From the NCBI GenBank assembly GCA_963708025.1, contig CAVPSB010000024.1:34874-98873 (forward strand): a DNA stretch of 64,000 nt. The letters run 5' to 3'. A program made the translations under genes and the position numbers. The notes under the pieces were generated by a model, which saw only the letters and a list, made by a program, of their open reading frames with translations, searched no databases and had not been told where the DNA came from. Positions within the stretch are counted from its first letter, which is position 1. Each line of letters starts with the position of its first letter. Positions 20,954-32,008 of the stretch are shown one piece after another. The stretch comes from an uncultured Candidatus Rokubacteria bacterium. Its GTDB lineage: Bacteria; Methylomirabilota; Methylomirabilia; Rokubacteriales; DASRDR01.

Positions 20954-22539
20954 TCAGACCCGGCGGAGGGCGCGGCCGGGGAGGGCGCCGGTGTGGCGGT
21001 CCCCGTCCTTCACCAGCACGCCGTTGACCGCGACGTACGGGATGCCGAGCGGGTGCTGGCGTGGGTTCTCGTAGGTCGCGGTGTCCTGCACCGTGTCCGG
21101 GTCGAAGCAGACGACGTCGGCGGCCGCCCCCACCCGGATCAGCCCGCGATCGAGGAAGCCGAGGCGCTGGCACGGGAGCGAGGTCATGTGCCGCACCATC
21201 TCTTCGAGCCGGATGAGCCCGAGCTTGCGCACGAACTCGGCGAGGTAGCGGGCGAAGGTGCCCCAGGCGCGGGGGTGCGGGCGCTGGCCGATGGTGATGC
21301 CGTCGCTCCCCGCGGTGTGGGCCGGGTGCTGCATGATCGCGTGCACGTTCTCCTCGTTCCCGCGAGAAGGTGAGCGAGCCGACGCCGAGCCGCTCGGCGA
21401 TCAGGAGGTCGCAGTAGAAGTCGAACGGGTCGCGGCCGGCGCGGGCCGCCGCGTCCCGGATGCTGAGGCCCACGTACGGGCGGTTGGCCTCCAGGCTGGC
21501 CCCGGCGATGACGACGATGCCCCAGTCCATGGGCATCCCGTTGAACCCGTCCGAGCCCTTCTCCATGTCCGCCCGGATCCGGGCCCGCGCCGATGGGTCG
21601 CGCAGCCGCTCGAGCAAGGCCGGGCCGCCGCCGGCGTGGGCCCAGCTCGGCACCGCGGCGTGGAGGTAGCTCATGCCGGCCAGGTACGGGTAGGTGTCCA
21701 TCGTCACCTCGAGCCCGCCGGCCCGGGCGCGATCGATCATGGCCAGCAGCTCGCCGGCCCGCCCGCGGTTCACGGGGAAGTTCATCAGCGCGTGGGTGAG
21801 GTGGACCGGCACGCCGGCCCGGCGCCCGATCTCCAGGCTCGCCGCGTAGGCTTCGAGCGCCCGGGCGCCGTAGTTCCGGTGGTGCGGCTGGTAGTGGCCG
21901 CCGAAGGGCCGGATCGCCTCGCACAGGGCCACCACCTCGTCGTCGGTGGCGTAGCAGGCCGGCGTGTAGGTCAGGCCGGCCGAGAGACCGACCGCGCCCT
22001 CCCGCATGCCCTGGGTTACCACCGCCTGCATGCGCGAGAGCTCGTCGGCGCTCGGCGCCCGGTCGTCCAGCCCCAGCACCGCCATCCGGACGGTGCCGTG
22101 GGGGATCAGCATGGCGACGTTCGGGGCGACGCGGCGGTCGAAGCGGGCCAGGTACTCGCCGACGGTGGACCAGTCCCGGGCCACCCTCGGTCCCGGCCCG
22201 TTCCAGCCCATGAGCTGCTGGTGGAGCACCTCGCGGGTGGCGTCGGTCACCGGGGCCAGCCCGAGCCCGTCCTGGCCGAGCACCTCGAGCGTCACGCCCT
22301 GCATGATCTTGCATTCCCACGTCGGCTCGGCGAGGAGCGCCAGGTCCGAGTGGGTGTGCATGTCGACGAAGCCCGGGCAGACCGCCAGGCCGTCCGCGTC
22401 GATCGTGCGCGTGCGCCGACTCGCGGTCGAGCCGGCCGACCGCCGCGATGCGGTCGCCGCGGATGCCCACGTCGGCGCGGTACCAGGGGTTGCCGGTTCC
22501 GTCGATCACCCGGCCGTTCCGGATCAGCAGGTCGAGCAC
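20954..22539 (-). CDS. N-acyl-D-amino-acid deacylase (frameshifts)
   Basis: NGRVIDGTG, DMHTHSD, GSDG...PHPRAWGTF. Confidence 0.9.
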
Positions 22540-22572
22540 GATGGGCTCCTCTCGCGGAATGTTGGGGTCAGA

Positions 22573-22641
22573 CCCTCCGGCTCCCCCCTCCCCCCAGTGG
22601 GTGGGGGAGGGGGGCCGGGGGGGGGGAGGGAGGTCCGGAAA
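22573..22641 (+). repeat. Intergenic repeat, family B
   Basis: CTCCGGCTCCCCCCTCCCCCA-GTGGG-TGGGGGAGGGGGG...GGGAGGTCCGGAAA. Confidence 0.75.
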
Positions 22642-22643
22642 TC

Positions 22644-23408
22644 TCAGAGCACGCGCCGTCCGATGTACAGCGCCGCCGCGTTCACTGTCAAGGCCGCCGC
22701 CGTCGCGACGAGGTAGGTCACGCCGATCCCCAGCCGATCCAGCACCGCGCCGACCGCCAGGAAGAACGCCGCGAACGCGAAGGAGCCGATCACCACCCAG
22801 CGCAGCAGGCGGGCGGCGGCGGCCGGCCCCTGCACGCGGTGCGTGAAGACCCCCATGACCAGCGCGAACACCGGGAACGGTGACAGGAAGCCCGTGAGCC
22901 TCGGCCCCAGCAGGGCGGCGACCGCCGTGAGCCCCAGCACCACCGCGGTGGCGGTCGCCATGCGCAGCGGCAGATCCCACCAGGGCGGCGCCGCCAGGCC
23001 GAGCGGCGCCGCCAGCCCCGGCATGGCGGCTGCGATGCCGGCCAGCAGCAGGCAGACGAGGCCGAAGGCGGGCACGACCGGCAGCGGGGCCTGCGCCAGC
23101 ACCAGCGCGCTTGCGAAGAAGGTCGCCACGCCGGCGACCATGCCCGCGAGCCACCCCACCCGCGGGGCCGCGCGGCTGTAGACCAGACAGAAGGCGGCCA
23201 TCGCCGCGAGACCCAGGAGCGTGCCGACGGCCGCCTGGGCGGCGAATCCCGGGCCCTGCTCGAGGGCGAGGAACACCGACACCGGCCCGGACGTCAGCGG
23301 GAATCCCGCCACCCACCCGCTGACCCCGGGACCCCACCGGCGCCCGGCGAGCGTGGCGCCGGCGATCAGGAGCGGCGTGATGACGAGCTTGAGCCCGAGC
23401 GCGCCCAC
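22644..23408 (-). CDS. Integral membrane protein with two similar halves
   Basis: About 8 hydrophobic segments; GPGVSGWVAGFP and GPRLTGFLSPFP echo each other. Confidence 0.8.
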   Translation of the reverse strand: MGALGLKLVITPLLIAGATLAGRRWGPGVSGWVAGFPLTSGPVSVFLALEQGPGFAAQAAVGTLLGLAAMAAFCLVYSRAAPRVGWLAGMVAGVATFFASALVLAQAPLPVVPAFGLVCLLLAGIAAAMPGLAAPLGLAAPPWWDLPLRMATATAVVLGLTAVAALLGPRLTGFLSPFPVFALVMGVFTHRVQGPAAAARLLRWVVIGSFAFAAFFLAVGAVLDRLGIGVTYLVATAAALTVNAAALYIGRRVL

Positions 23409-23441
23409 GCCGGCCAGCCCGGGATCCCCGGCGATGATCGG

Positions 23442-23918
23442 TTACCGCCGCGCGGGGTCGAGGAGGATGTCGACGGGCTGGACGCCGACGACCTTGATCA
23501 GCAGGTGCCAGGGACCGGGGCCGACCTCGGGGAGAGGGAAGTACGCCAGCGTGTTCCCGGCGACGCGGGGGCTGCCGCCCAGCGTCGTCCCGATGCCGAT
23601 GCCGCCCCCGATCCCCACGCTCCCGCTCCCGCCGGCGCCACCGACGCCGAGCCCCAGGCTCAGGCCGCTGCCGCCCCGGGGACCCGGGTGCTCGATCGTC
23701 TGCGCCGGCACGGCGGCGCCGTCGGGACGCAGGACCCGGACGTCTTCGAGACGGTAGCCGCGGGTGTCGATCTCGATCCGCAGGCGGTCGCCCACGATCT
23801 TGTAATCGGCCGAGATGGGGAACCCCGCCGGCTGCTGGGCGGGGGTGTACGGGAGGGTGGAGGCGGCGCAGCCGGCCAGCACGAGGGCGAGCGCGACGCC
23901 GCGCAGGCGGGGAGGCAT
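23442..23918 (-). CDS. Lipoprotein
   Basis: Lipobox LAGC and a Gly-rich central segment. Confidence 0.8.
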   Translation of the reverse strand: MPPRLRGVALALVLAGCAASTLPYTPAQQPAGFPISADYKIVGDRLRIEIDTRGYRLEDVRVLRPDGAAVPAQTIEHPGPRGGSGLSLGLGVGGAGGSGSVGIGGGIGIGTTLGGSPRVAGNTLAYFPLPEVGPGPWHLLIKVVGVQPVDILLDPARR

Positions 23919-23922
23919 CGGC

Positions 23923-25006
23923 TTACCGGGGCCGGACGGCGTCGTGGCGGAGGGCGTGGTCGGCCAGGACCAGCGCGGCCATCGCCTCGACCATGGGCAC
24001 CGCGCGCGGCAGCACGCACGGGTCGTGGCGGCCGCGGCCCTGGATCGTGGTCTCCTCGTGCCGGACGGTGACCGTGCGCTGCTCGTGGAGGATGGTCGCG
24101 GTCGGCTTGAACGCCACCCGGAAGTAGATCGTCTCGCCGTCGCTGATGCCGCCCTGCACGCCGCCGCTCCGGTTGGTGCGGGTCCGGACGCGGTCCCCGT
24201 CCATGTAGTACTCGTCGTTGTGCTCGAGTCCCGGTGAGGTCGGTCCCCGCGAAGCCCGAGCCGATCTCGAAGCCCTTGCTCGCCGGGAGACTCATCACCG
24301 CCTTGGCGAGGTCCGCCTCCAGCCGGTCGAAGACGGGCTCGCCCCAGCCCGGCGGGCAGCCTCGCACGGCGCAGACGACCACGCCCCCCAGCGAGTTCCC
24401 GTCCTTGCGCGCGGCCTCCACCGCCGCGATCATCCGCTCGGCGACGGCGAGATCGGGGCAGCGGATCGGGGTCCGATCCACCTCGGCCCGGGTGACCTTC
24501 TCGAGGTCGCAGTCGGCCACCAGGCGGCCGACCTTGCCGACCCAGCCCACGATCTCGACGCCGTGGCGCTGCGCCAGGAGCTTCCGCGCGATGGCGCCGC
24601 CCGCGACACGCCCGGCGGTCTCGCGCGCGCTGGTCCGGCCGCCGCCCCGCCAGTCGCGCACGCCGTACTTGGCGTCGTAGGTGTAGTCGGCGTGGCTCGG
24701 GCGGTACTTCTCCCGCATCTCCGCGTAGTCGGCGGGACGCATGTCCTCGTTGGGGATGTGGAGGCCGATGGGCGTGCCCAGGGTCCGCCCCTCGAAGACG
24801 CCGCTCACGATGCGGACCGTGTCCGACTCCTTGCGCTGGCTGGTGAGGAGGCTCTGGCCGGGCCGCCGGCGGTCCAGGTCGGGCTGGATGTCCGCCTCGG
24901 ACAAGGGCAGGAGCGACGGACAGCCGTCCACCACGGCGCCGATCGCGCCGCCGTGGGACTCGCCCCAGGTGGTGACCCGGAAGAGCTGCCCGAAGGTGTT
25001 TCCCAT
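23923..25006 (-). CDS. aroC: Chorismate synthase (frameshift near 24228)
   Basis: [30 protein letters not shown]. Confidence 0.95.
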
Positions 25007-25013
25007 GGCGAGT

Positions 25014-25136
25014 TCAGTCGGGCCGGGGGGGAGCTGGGCGCTCCATCCGGATCGCCGCGACGCCTCGGGCCTGCGGCCCTCGGGACGTCGCGCCCTTCCG
25101 GGGGCCCGGCCCCCCCCTCCGGATCCCTCCACGCTC
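25014..25136 (-). repeat. Repeat family A, long form
   Basis: Reverse complement aligns by eye with 39620-39743; ends CCCCCCGGCCCGACTGA 7 nt before the aroC ATG. Confidence 0.85.
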
Positions 25137-25198
25137 AGGCTTCCCGGGCGATGGCTCCACGGCATCTCAGAATACCGCATTCGTGTACGATGATCCCC

Positions 25199-25840
25199 GT
25201 GCCCCCGCGCGCGACGCCGCCGACCCTGGTCCTGCTCGTCCGGCACGGGCTGACGCCGACGACGGGGAAGGTCCTGCCCGGCCGGGCGCCCGGCCTCTCC
25301 CTCAGCGCGGCCGGGCGCCGCCAGGCCGAGGTGGCGGCGACGCGGCTCGGCCGGCTCGAGCGCCTCGCCGCCGTCTACGCCTCCCCGCTGGAGCGAGCGC
25401 GGGAGACGGCGGCGCCGATCGCCGCGGCCAAGAAGCTCCGGGTGCGGGTGGAGCCCGCGCTGATCGAGTTCGACGTCGGCGAGTGGACGGGCGGGCGGCT
25501 CCGTCGGCTCCGGAAGCGACCGGAGTGGCGGGTCATCCAGCACCATCCGAGCGGGTTCCGGTTCCCGGGCGGCGAGTCGTTCACCGAGATGCAGGCGCGG
25601 ATGACCGCGGCCGTCGAGCGACTGGTCGCCCGCCACCCGGGCGAGACCGTCGTGGCGGTGTCCCACGGTGACCCGATCAAGGCGACGGTGGCCCACGCCC
25701 TGGGGACGCCGCTCGACCTGTTCCAGCGGATCGTCATCTCGCCGGGCTCGATCACCGCGATTGCCTACCACGTGGAGGGACCCGTGGTGCTGACCGTGAA
25801 CTCGCTGGACGGCGACCTGGCCGGACTGCTCGGGCGATGA
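25199..25840 (+). CDS. Histidine phosphatase/phosphomutase (MSMEG_4193-like)
   Basis: [22 protein letters not shown]. Confidence 0.9.
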   Translation: MPPRATPPTLVLLVRHGLTPTTGKVLPGRAPGLSLSAAGRRQAEVAATRLGRLERLAAVYASPLERARETAAPIAAAKKLRVRVEPALIEFDVGEWTGGRLRRLRKRPEWRVIQHHPSGFRFPGGESFTEMQARMTAAVERLVARHPGETVVAVSHGDPIKATVAHALGTPLDLFQRIVISPGSITAIAYHVEGPVVLTVNSLDGDLAGLLGR

Positions 25841-26403
25841 GCCAGTCCTTCGACTTCAAGACCCCCGACTTCTTCACGACCGGCACCGTGGGTCCCCCCG
25901 GCCAGCGGGTCTTCTACCTGCAGGCGCGCGAGGACGGCGTCGTGCTCACCCTGAAGATCGAGAAGGAGCAGGTCGGCGCGCTGGCGGAGTACGTGGCCGG
26001 ACTCCTCGCCAAGGTGCCGGGGGCGGCCCGGGCCGAGTCGGTCTCCCGGGACCTGGCGCTGCTCGAGCCCTTCACCCCCGCCTGGCCCGTCCGCTCCCTG
26101 GCGGTCGGCTACGACGAGTCCCGCGATCGTGTGGTCATCGTGGCCGACGAGGAGCTGCGCGAGGACGAGGAGGAACGGGACGAGCAGGCCGGCGAGGCCC
26201 CCGAGGCCGCCGAGGCCCCCGAGGGGGTCGATCGGGCCTCGGCCCGGGTAGCGGTGAGCCGCGCGCAGGCCATGGTCTTCGTCGAGCGGGCCCGCGCGCT
26301 CGTGAAGGCCGGCCGGCCGGCCTGCCCGATCTGCAGCCGTCCCATTGACCCGGACGGGCACATCTGCCCGCGGCAGAACGGCGCCCGTCGCAACGCGACG
26401 TGA
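25837..26403 (+). CDS. DUF3090 family protein
   Basis: [21 protein letters not shown]-terminal CPIC...GHICPRQNG. Confidence 0.9.
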   Translation: MSQSFDFKTPDFFTTGTVGPPGQRVFYLQAREDGVVLTLKIEKEQVGALAEYVAGLLAKVPGAARAESVSRDLALLEPFTPAWPVRSLAVGYDESRDRVVIVADEELREDEEERDEQAGEAPEAAEAPEGVDRASARVAVSRAQAMVFVERARALVKAGRPACPICSRPIDPDGHICPRQNGARRNAT

Positions 26404-26407
26404 GGCG

Positions 26408-27112
26408 ATGCCGGCGGACGTCGCGGCCCTCGACCTCCTGGCCCGCGGGGAGATCGCGGTCAAGGGCCGGATGCCGTGGAGCTCGAACGCGACGTTCCTG
26501 GTGGAGCTGCGGCTCGACGACGCCACGACGCTCGCCGTGTACAAGCCGGGTCGCGGCGAGCGACCGCTCTGGGACTTCCCCCCGGGGCTCTACCGGCGCG
26601 AGATCGCGGCCTATCTCCTGTCGGAGGCCCTCGGCTGGGGCCTGGTCCCGCTGACGGTGCCGCGGGACGGCCCCCTCGGCGAGGGCTCGCTCCAGCTCTT
26701 CGTCCCCGCCGACTTCGAGCAGCACTACTTCACGCTCTACGAGCGACCCGAGCACCACGACGCGCTGCGGCGGATCTGCGCCTTCGACCTCCTCGCCAAC
26801 AGCACCGACCGCAAGAGCGGCCACTGCCTGCTCGGCCCCGACGGGCGCATCTACGCCGTCAACAACGGGCTCAGCTTCCACATCGAGCCGAAGCTCCGGA
26901 CGGTCATCTGGGAGTTCGGCGGCCAGCCGATCCCCGACCGGCTCGTGGAGGACATCCGCCGCCTGCTGGACGCCGACCTGCCCGACGAGCTGGCCGCGCT
27001 CCTCTCCCCGGCCGAGGGGAAGGCGCTGGTCAAGCGCGGCCGCGCGCTGCTGGCGAAGCGCCGCTTCCCGACCGACGAGAGCGGCCACCGCTACCCGTGG
27101 CCGCTGGTGTAG
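26408..27112 (+). CDS. SCO1664 family protein (PI3/4-kinase-like fold)
   Basis: SNATFL, VYKP..GERPLWDFP, REIAAY, NSTDRKSGH, YPWP. Confidence 0.9.
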   Translation: MPADVAALDLLARGEIAVKGRMPWSSNATFLVELRLDDATTLAVYKPGRGERPLWDFPPGLYRREIAAYLLSEALGWGLVPLTVPRDGPLGEGSLQLFVPADFEQHYFTLYERPEHHDALRRICAFDLLANSTDRKSGHCLLGPDGRIYAVNNGLSFHIEPKLRTVIWEFGGQPIPDRLVEDIRRLLDADLPDELAALLSPAEGKALVKRGRALLAKRRFPTDESGHRYPWPLV

Positions 27113-27132
27113 CGGCTGAAGGTCGGCCGTGC

Positions 27133-27168
27133 GGCCGGGGCGCGCCCGGCGATGGGCGCGCCCCGGCC
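27133..27168. terminator. Hairpin between convergent genes
   Basis: GGCCGGGGCGCGCCC-N6-GGGCGCGCCCCGGCC, a perfect 15-bp stem without a U-tract. Confidence 0.55.
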
Positions 27169-27182
27169 ACAGGAAGGGAGGG

Positions 27183-28530
27183 CTACAGGGACCGCAGGAA
27201 GTTGAGGAGGTCCTGCTTGGTCGGACTCGCTCAGGTTGTTGAAGTTGTCGATCACCTTGTTGGCTTCCGAGGACGGGAACTTGGAGTTCCCGGAGCTCCG
27301 GTGGGCCTGGATGGCCTCCATGAGATCGTCGTCCGCCCGTCGTGCAGGAAGAAGATCCGCTGGCCGAGACCCCACAGCGGGGCGGTCCGGAACTCGTCGC
27401 CGCGGGCCAGGCCCTGGAGGATGTCGTCGGCGAGCCCGGGCCCCATGGCGTGGAGCGCCAGGTCGGAGATAGAGGTTCGCGTTCTGGTTGGCCAGGGCGG
27501 CCACGGTGGTGTTGACCGGGGTCTTGAGCGTCGGCGTGTGGCAGAGGTGCGCAGCCGACGTCGGAGAACTTCTGGCGCCCCCGGTCGATCGAAGCCTTGG
27601 ACACGCTCCCGAACCCGTTGGACGCCGGCGTCGGCGGCGCCAGGAAGCGCTGGAAGTTGGCAAAGTTGTCGATGGCGTTGAGTGTGCCGGTGCTCTCGGT
27701 CACGTCGTTGGGCACGTGGGCGAACTGGCAGTTCGGATCCTCTTCCCGCTCCTGCTGGAACGACTCGCTGGTGATCCCCATCTCGACGTTGTAGGCCTCG
27801 CCGGAGAAGATCTGCAGCGACTTGTTCTGGGCCTTCCAGCCGAAGCGCGTGATCGTCCCGTCGTTGCCGTTCCGGTTGGGGCGCCCGCTGATACCGAGAT
27901 TCGCCTTGGTCGAGGAACTGGCGCTCAGGTTGGCGAGGATCGTGCCGTCGGAGATCTGCTCGATCAGCCCGGCGCCGAAGACCGGCGTGGGGATCCGGAA
28001 GATGATGTTGTTGTTCCGGACCTGCCGCTCGAAGTCCTCCTGCTTGATGTTGCAGCCCCCGGCTTCCGGGTGCCCGGTGATCACGAAGAGGGCGTGGACA
28101 CCGCCGTCGCGGCTGCCGTCGGGATTGAACTGGAAGCGCGCCTCGCGGATGGGGCCGTTCGGGCGTGATGAAGGACGGGATGATGTTGCCCTTGAAATTG
28201 AACGGGGCCATCACGGCAGCGGAACAGAGGGTTCTGGGCCGGACTCGTGCCTCCCGGTCGCCGGTTGCGACATGGCAGAACGCGCAACCCGACGCGTTGA
28301 ACCGCGGTCCGACGCCGTCAGCGAACCTCCTCGTTCTCCGAGAAGTCCTCCAGACCCTGGTCGAACATGGCCGTCTCCGCGGCGCTCAAGCCCGGCAATG
28401 GGACCACCGGCCCCGGCCGGCGTCCGCCCCGCGCGCCCGGGTCCTTGGCCCCGAAGTCGGCGGGCAGCAACTGGAAGGTTCCCAAGACCAAGAAGGCGAT
28501 GACGACTCCGAGGGAAATCTTAGCTTTCAC
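27183..28530 (-). CDS. Di-haem oxidoreductase family protein (many frameshifts)
   Basis: Signal peptide, GPRFNASGCAFCH, RFGWKAQ, a second CxxCH across a frameshift, FRTAPLWGLG..FFLHDGR. Confidence 0.85.
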
Positions 28531-28590
28531 TTGCACAACCTCCCCGCAGGTGTGAACCGCTCGGAACAACCAACGGCCGGGAGGGAAGGA

Positions 28591-28605
28591 GCAACGGCAG
28601 TGCCA
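28591..28605 (-). promoter_or_regulatory. sigma54 -24/-12 promoter
   Basis: TGGCAC-TGCCG-TTGC on the minus strand, 60 bp upstream of the di-haem gene. Confidence 0.8.
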
Positions 28606-28698
28606 CGGCCGATGACTGCGGGGACTCCGGAAATCCAGGGGTTATGGCGAATCGTCCCATCTGGGATTTCTCAGGATCCGGAATCCATGCGGACCGCG

Positions 28699-28716
28699 GT
28701 TCTCATACATGAGAAC
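28699..28716. promoter_or_regulatory. Candidate enhancer (UAS) palindrome
   Basis: GTTCTCAT-AC-ATGAGAAC, about 95-110 bp upstream of the -24 element. Confidence 0.55.
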
Positions 28717-29201
28717 GCCATCTCGCCGAAAGCGGGTGCTGGCGCGGATCGCCCCTTGTGCGGGACCGGCAAAGCGCGCTACTCTCACCGCGCGTGCGAC
28801 GGACGGGAGCCCGGCGCGCGGGGGAAACGAGGTGGAGGCTTCCCATGGCCGGGATGCTCCATCCACCGCTTCGATCGACCGGTTCCGGTTCGGGACGTCA
28901 GAAGATGCCGGTGATCTCCGCTCCCTTCATCGGCTCCTGAGGCAGACAGCGGAGGGATTCGGCGCCGTCGGCGCACCCGCCCGTGTGCGGGACCGAACTC
29001 CACGACACCGGCCCGCGGGATGCGGGAGGACAAGGCGCCGTCAATCTTCGACACGACCACGGACGCGGGCTCAGGCCGGTCGTCAGCCACGGTTCCGCCA
29101 CCGGGATGGCGGCGGCCTCGACCCCGAGGGGTGCGGAGGGTCGCGACTCGACCCGCTGGCCGGGTGATCGAGCGCGAGCCCGCCGGGTTGGAGGGGAAAT
29201 C

Positions 29202-30567
29202 ATGAATGCCTCGATTCTCGTGGTCGACGACGAGCCCACCATGCAGGAGGCCCTGGGGGGATTCCTCCAGGCCGAGGGCTACCGCGTCGCGACGGCCGGG
29301 AGCGGCAGCGAGGCGCTGACCCGCATCGACGAGAACGCGTTCGACGTCATCGTCGCCGACATCCGCCTGCCGGGCGCGAGCGGGCTCGAGGTGCTGGAGC
29401 GGTCGCGCCTGCGCAACCCGGGGGCGCGGGTCATCCTGATGACGGGTCACGGCACCGTGGAGACCGCCGTCGAGGCCCTGCGCAAGGGCGCCGGCGACTA
29501 CCTGCTGAAGCCGTTCCTGCTCGAGGACCTGGCGCTGTGCGTGCAGCGCCTGCTGCGCGACCACCCCACGGGCCGGGCGAGTCGGCCCCTGGAGCGCCCG
29601 CTCCACGCGCCCGAGGTCGCCGACATCCTGGTCGGCGAGAGCATCGCCATTCGCACCGTGAGGGAGCAGATCCTCCGGTGCGCGCCCACCCCCAGCAACG
29701 TGCTGGTCACGGGCGAGAGCGGCACCGGGAAGGAGCTGGTGGCCCGGGCGATCCACGTGTCGAGCCGACGCCGCGACCACCGGTTCGTGCCGCTGAACTG
29801 CGGCGCGATCCCCGAGGCCCTGCTCGAGAGCACGCTCTTCGGCCACGTCAAGGGTGCCTTCACCGGCGCCGTGCAGGCGAACACCGGCCTGTTCGCCGCC
29901 GCCGACCACGGGACGCTCTTCCTCGACGAGATCGCCGAGCTGCCCTTCCCGCTCCAGGTGAAGCTGCTGCGGGTGATCGAGGAGAAGCAGGTGTGGGCGG
30001 TGGGGGCCACCAGGCCGCTGCCCGTTCGACGTCCGCATCATCGCCAGCACCAACCGCGACCTCGGCTGCGAGATCGAGACTGGCCGGTTCCGGACGGACC
30101 TCTTCTACCGGCTCAACGTCGTGCGCTTCTGGCTGCCCCCCCTCCGCGAGCGCCGGAGCGACATCCCGCCCCTGGTGGACCACTTCATCCGCCGGCTCAA
30201 CGTCAAGCTGAACCGCCAGGTTCGCGGTGCCGAGCCCCAGGCGCTGCACGTCCTCGTCAGCCACGGCTGGAGAGGCAACGTGCGTGAGCTGGAGAACGTG
30301 CTCGAGCGCGCCATGATCCTGGGCGACGGGGAGTTCATCGGTCTCCGCCACCTGTCCCAGGACGTGGCCGTGGAAGCGCCGGCCGCACACCCGGCTAACC
30401 TCCGGGAGGCCGTGCGGGGCTTCGAGCGCCAGCACATCCTCGAAGTCCTGGGCCAGACCCAGTTCGACAAGCGCGAGGCCGCCCGGCTCCTCGGCATCAG
30501 CCTGGCCTCGCTCTATCGGAAGCTGAACGTGGAGTCGGACGACGACCCGGAGCCCGAGGAGGCGTGA
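29202..30567 (+). CDS. NtrC-family sigma54-dependent response regulator (frameshift near 30025)
   Basis: REC, GESGTGKE, GAFTGA, FLDEI, WRGNVRELEN, Fis-type HTH. Confidence 0.95.
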
Positions 30568-30754
30568 GGAGAGTCGAAGGAGCCGATCGCCAGCCCCGCT
30601 CCCGCCCCCACGACCGGCCCGCGGCCGGTCAGCCCTCGATGGAGCCGACCAGGAGTCCCCGGACGACCTAGCCCCACCCGCACGTACACCACGAGGGTGC
30701 GCCCGGAAGGAACTCCTCCGGGCCGATCCGCCGGGCCGTGTGACAATACCGCCC

Positions 30755-31921
30755 GTGCCCGGATTCCGATGGCCGACGATGCTGATGCTGTGCGGCGCCC
30801 TTGCCCTCCACAACGCGGTCCGCCTCGGCCCGGTGCCGCTGGTGGAAGAGTTGCGGGCGCGGTACGGCACCGACTACACCGGCATCGGCAACGTGATCGG
30901 CGCCTACACCCTCGCCTACGGCTTCGCCCAGCTCCTGGCCGGGCTCCTGACCGCGCGCTTCGGCCCCAAGCGGCTCATGCTGGTCGGCCTGACGCTGGCG
31001 ACGCTCGGCTCGGCCCTCTTCGCCGTGACCGCGGACTACGCGCTGGCGGTGACCGCGCGCCTCCTGGTGGGAACGGCCGGCGGCTTCCTCTACACGCCCA
31101 CCATCGCCTACACCTTCGCCGCCTTCGACCCGCGGCTGCGGGGCCGGGCCATGGGGGTCGCCGAGGCGGGCGTGGGGGCGGGACAGATCCTGGCGATCAT
31201 GCTGCTCCCTGTCCTGTTCGAGACGCTCGGACTGACCGGGGCGTTCCTCGCGCTCCCGGTGGCGGCGCTGACCCTGTGGCTGGCCGTGGGGGTCGGACTG
31301 CCTCCGCTCGAGCCCGAGCGACGGCGGGGATCGGGGCATTTCCTCGCCCTCGCGCGCGACCCCGACTTCTGGCTGCTGCTGGTCGGGGTCTCCTTCGTGG
31401 GGATGCTCGCCCAGGTCGCCACGTTCTCCTGGATGCCCACCTACCTCCGCCAGGTCCACGGCTTCGGGGTGATCGGCGCCGGAGCCAGCACCGGCATCGT
31501 CCTCGCGGGTCTGATGGTCTTCTCGCCACTCTTCGGGGCCCTCTCCGACCGCCTCACGTCACGACGCCCCGTGTTGCTGATCGGCTCGATCCTCGCGCTG
31601 GCCGGCTGGCTGGTGCTGCTGACGGCGCCCGCGGCCTGGATGGCCATCGCGGCCGCGTTCCTCGTGAGCGCGAGCATGGCGGCGACGATCCCGATGCAGG
31701 TCGTGTTCACCAGCGAGCGGTTCGCGGCGATCGGCGCCGGCACGGCGATCGGCATCGTGAACACGGGTGGCCAGCTCGCCAGCTCGATCGGCGGGCCGCT
31801 TTACGGCGCGATGCTGGACCACGGCCTCGGGTTCGGCGCGGTGTGGGGGACGGCGGCCGGGCTGGGCGTGATCCGGATCGTCGCTGTGCTGCTGCTCCGG
31901 GAACGAAGGCACCAGACCTGA
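30755..31921 (+). CDS. MFS transporter
   Basis: About 12 TM helices; GLLTARFGPKR and GALSDRLTSRR motif A. Confidence 0.9.
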   Translation: MPGFRWPTMLMLCGALALHNAVRLGPVPLVEELRARYGTDYTGIGNVIGAYTLAYGFAQLLAGLLTARFGPKRLMLVGLTLATLGSALFAVTADYALAVTARLLVGTAGGFLYTPTIAYTFAAFDPRLRGRAMGVAEAGVGAGQILAIMLLPVLFETLGLTGAFLALPVAALTLWLAVGVGLPPLEPERRRGSGHFLALARDPDFWLLLVGVSFVGMLAQVATFSWMPTYLRQVHGFGVIGAGASTGIVLAGLMVFSPLFGALSDRLTSRRPVLLIGSILALAGWLVLLTAPAAWMAIAAAFLVSASMAATIPMQVVFTSERFAAIGAGTAIGIVNTGGQLASSIGGPLYGAMLDHGLGFGAVWGTAAGLGVIRIVAVLLLRERRHQT

Positions 31922-31932
31922 GCAACCACCTT

Positions 31933-32008
31933 CCTCCGACACCCCCCGGTGGGAGGGGAGGGGGGTTGGGGGGTGGGGGGTGGGGGGTGGGAGGGAGGTC
32001 CCGGAAAT
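31933..32008 (+). repeat. Intergenic repeat, family B, with expanded G-runs
   Basis: Multiple G3-G7 runs ending in GGGAGGTCCCGGAAA. Confidence 0.7.
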
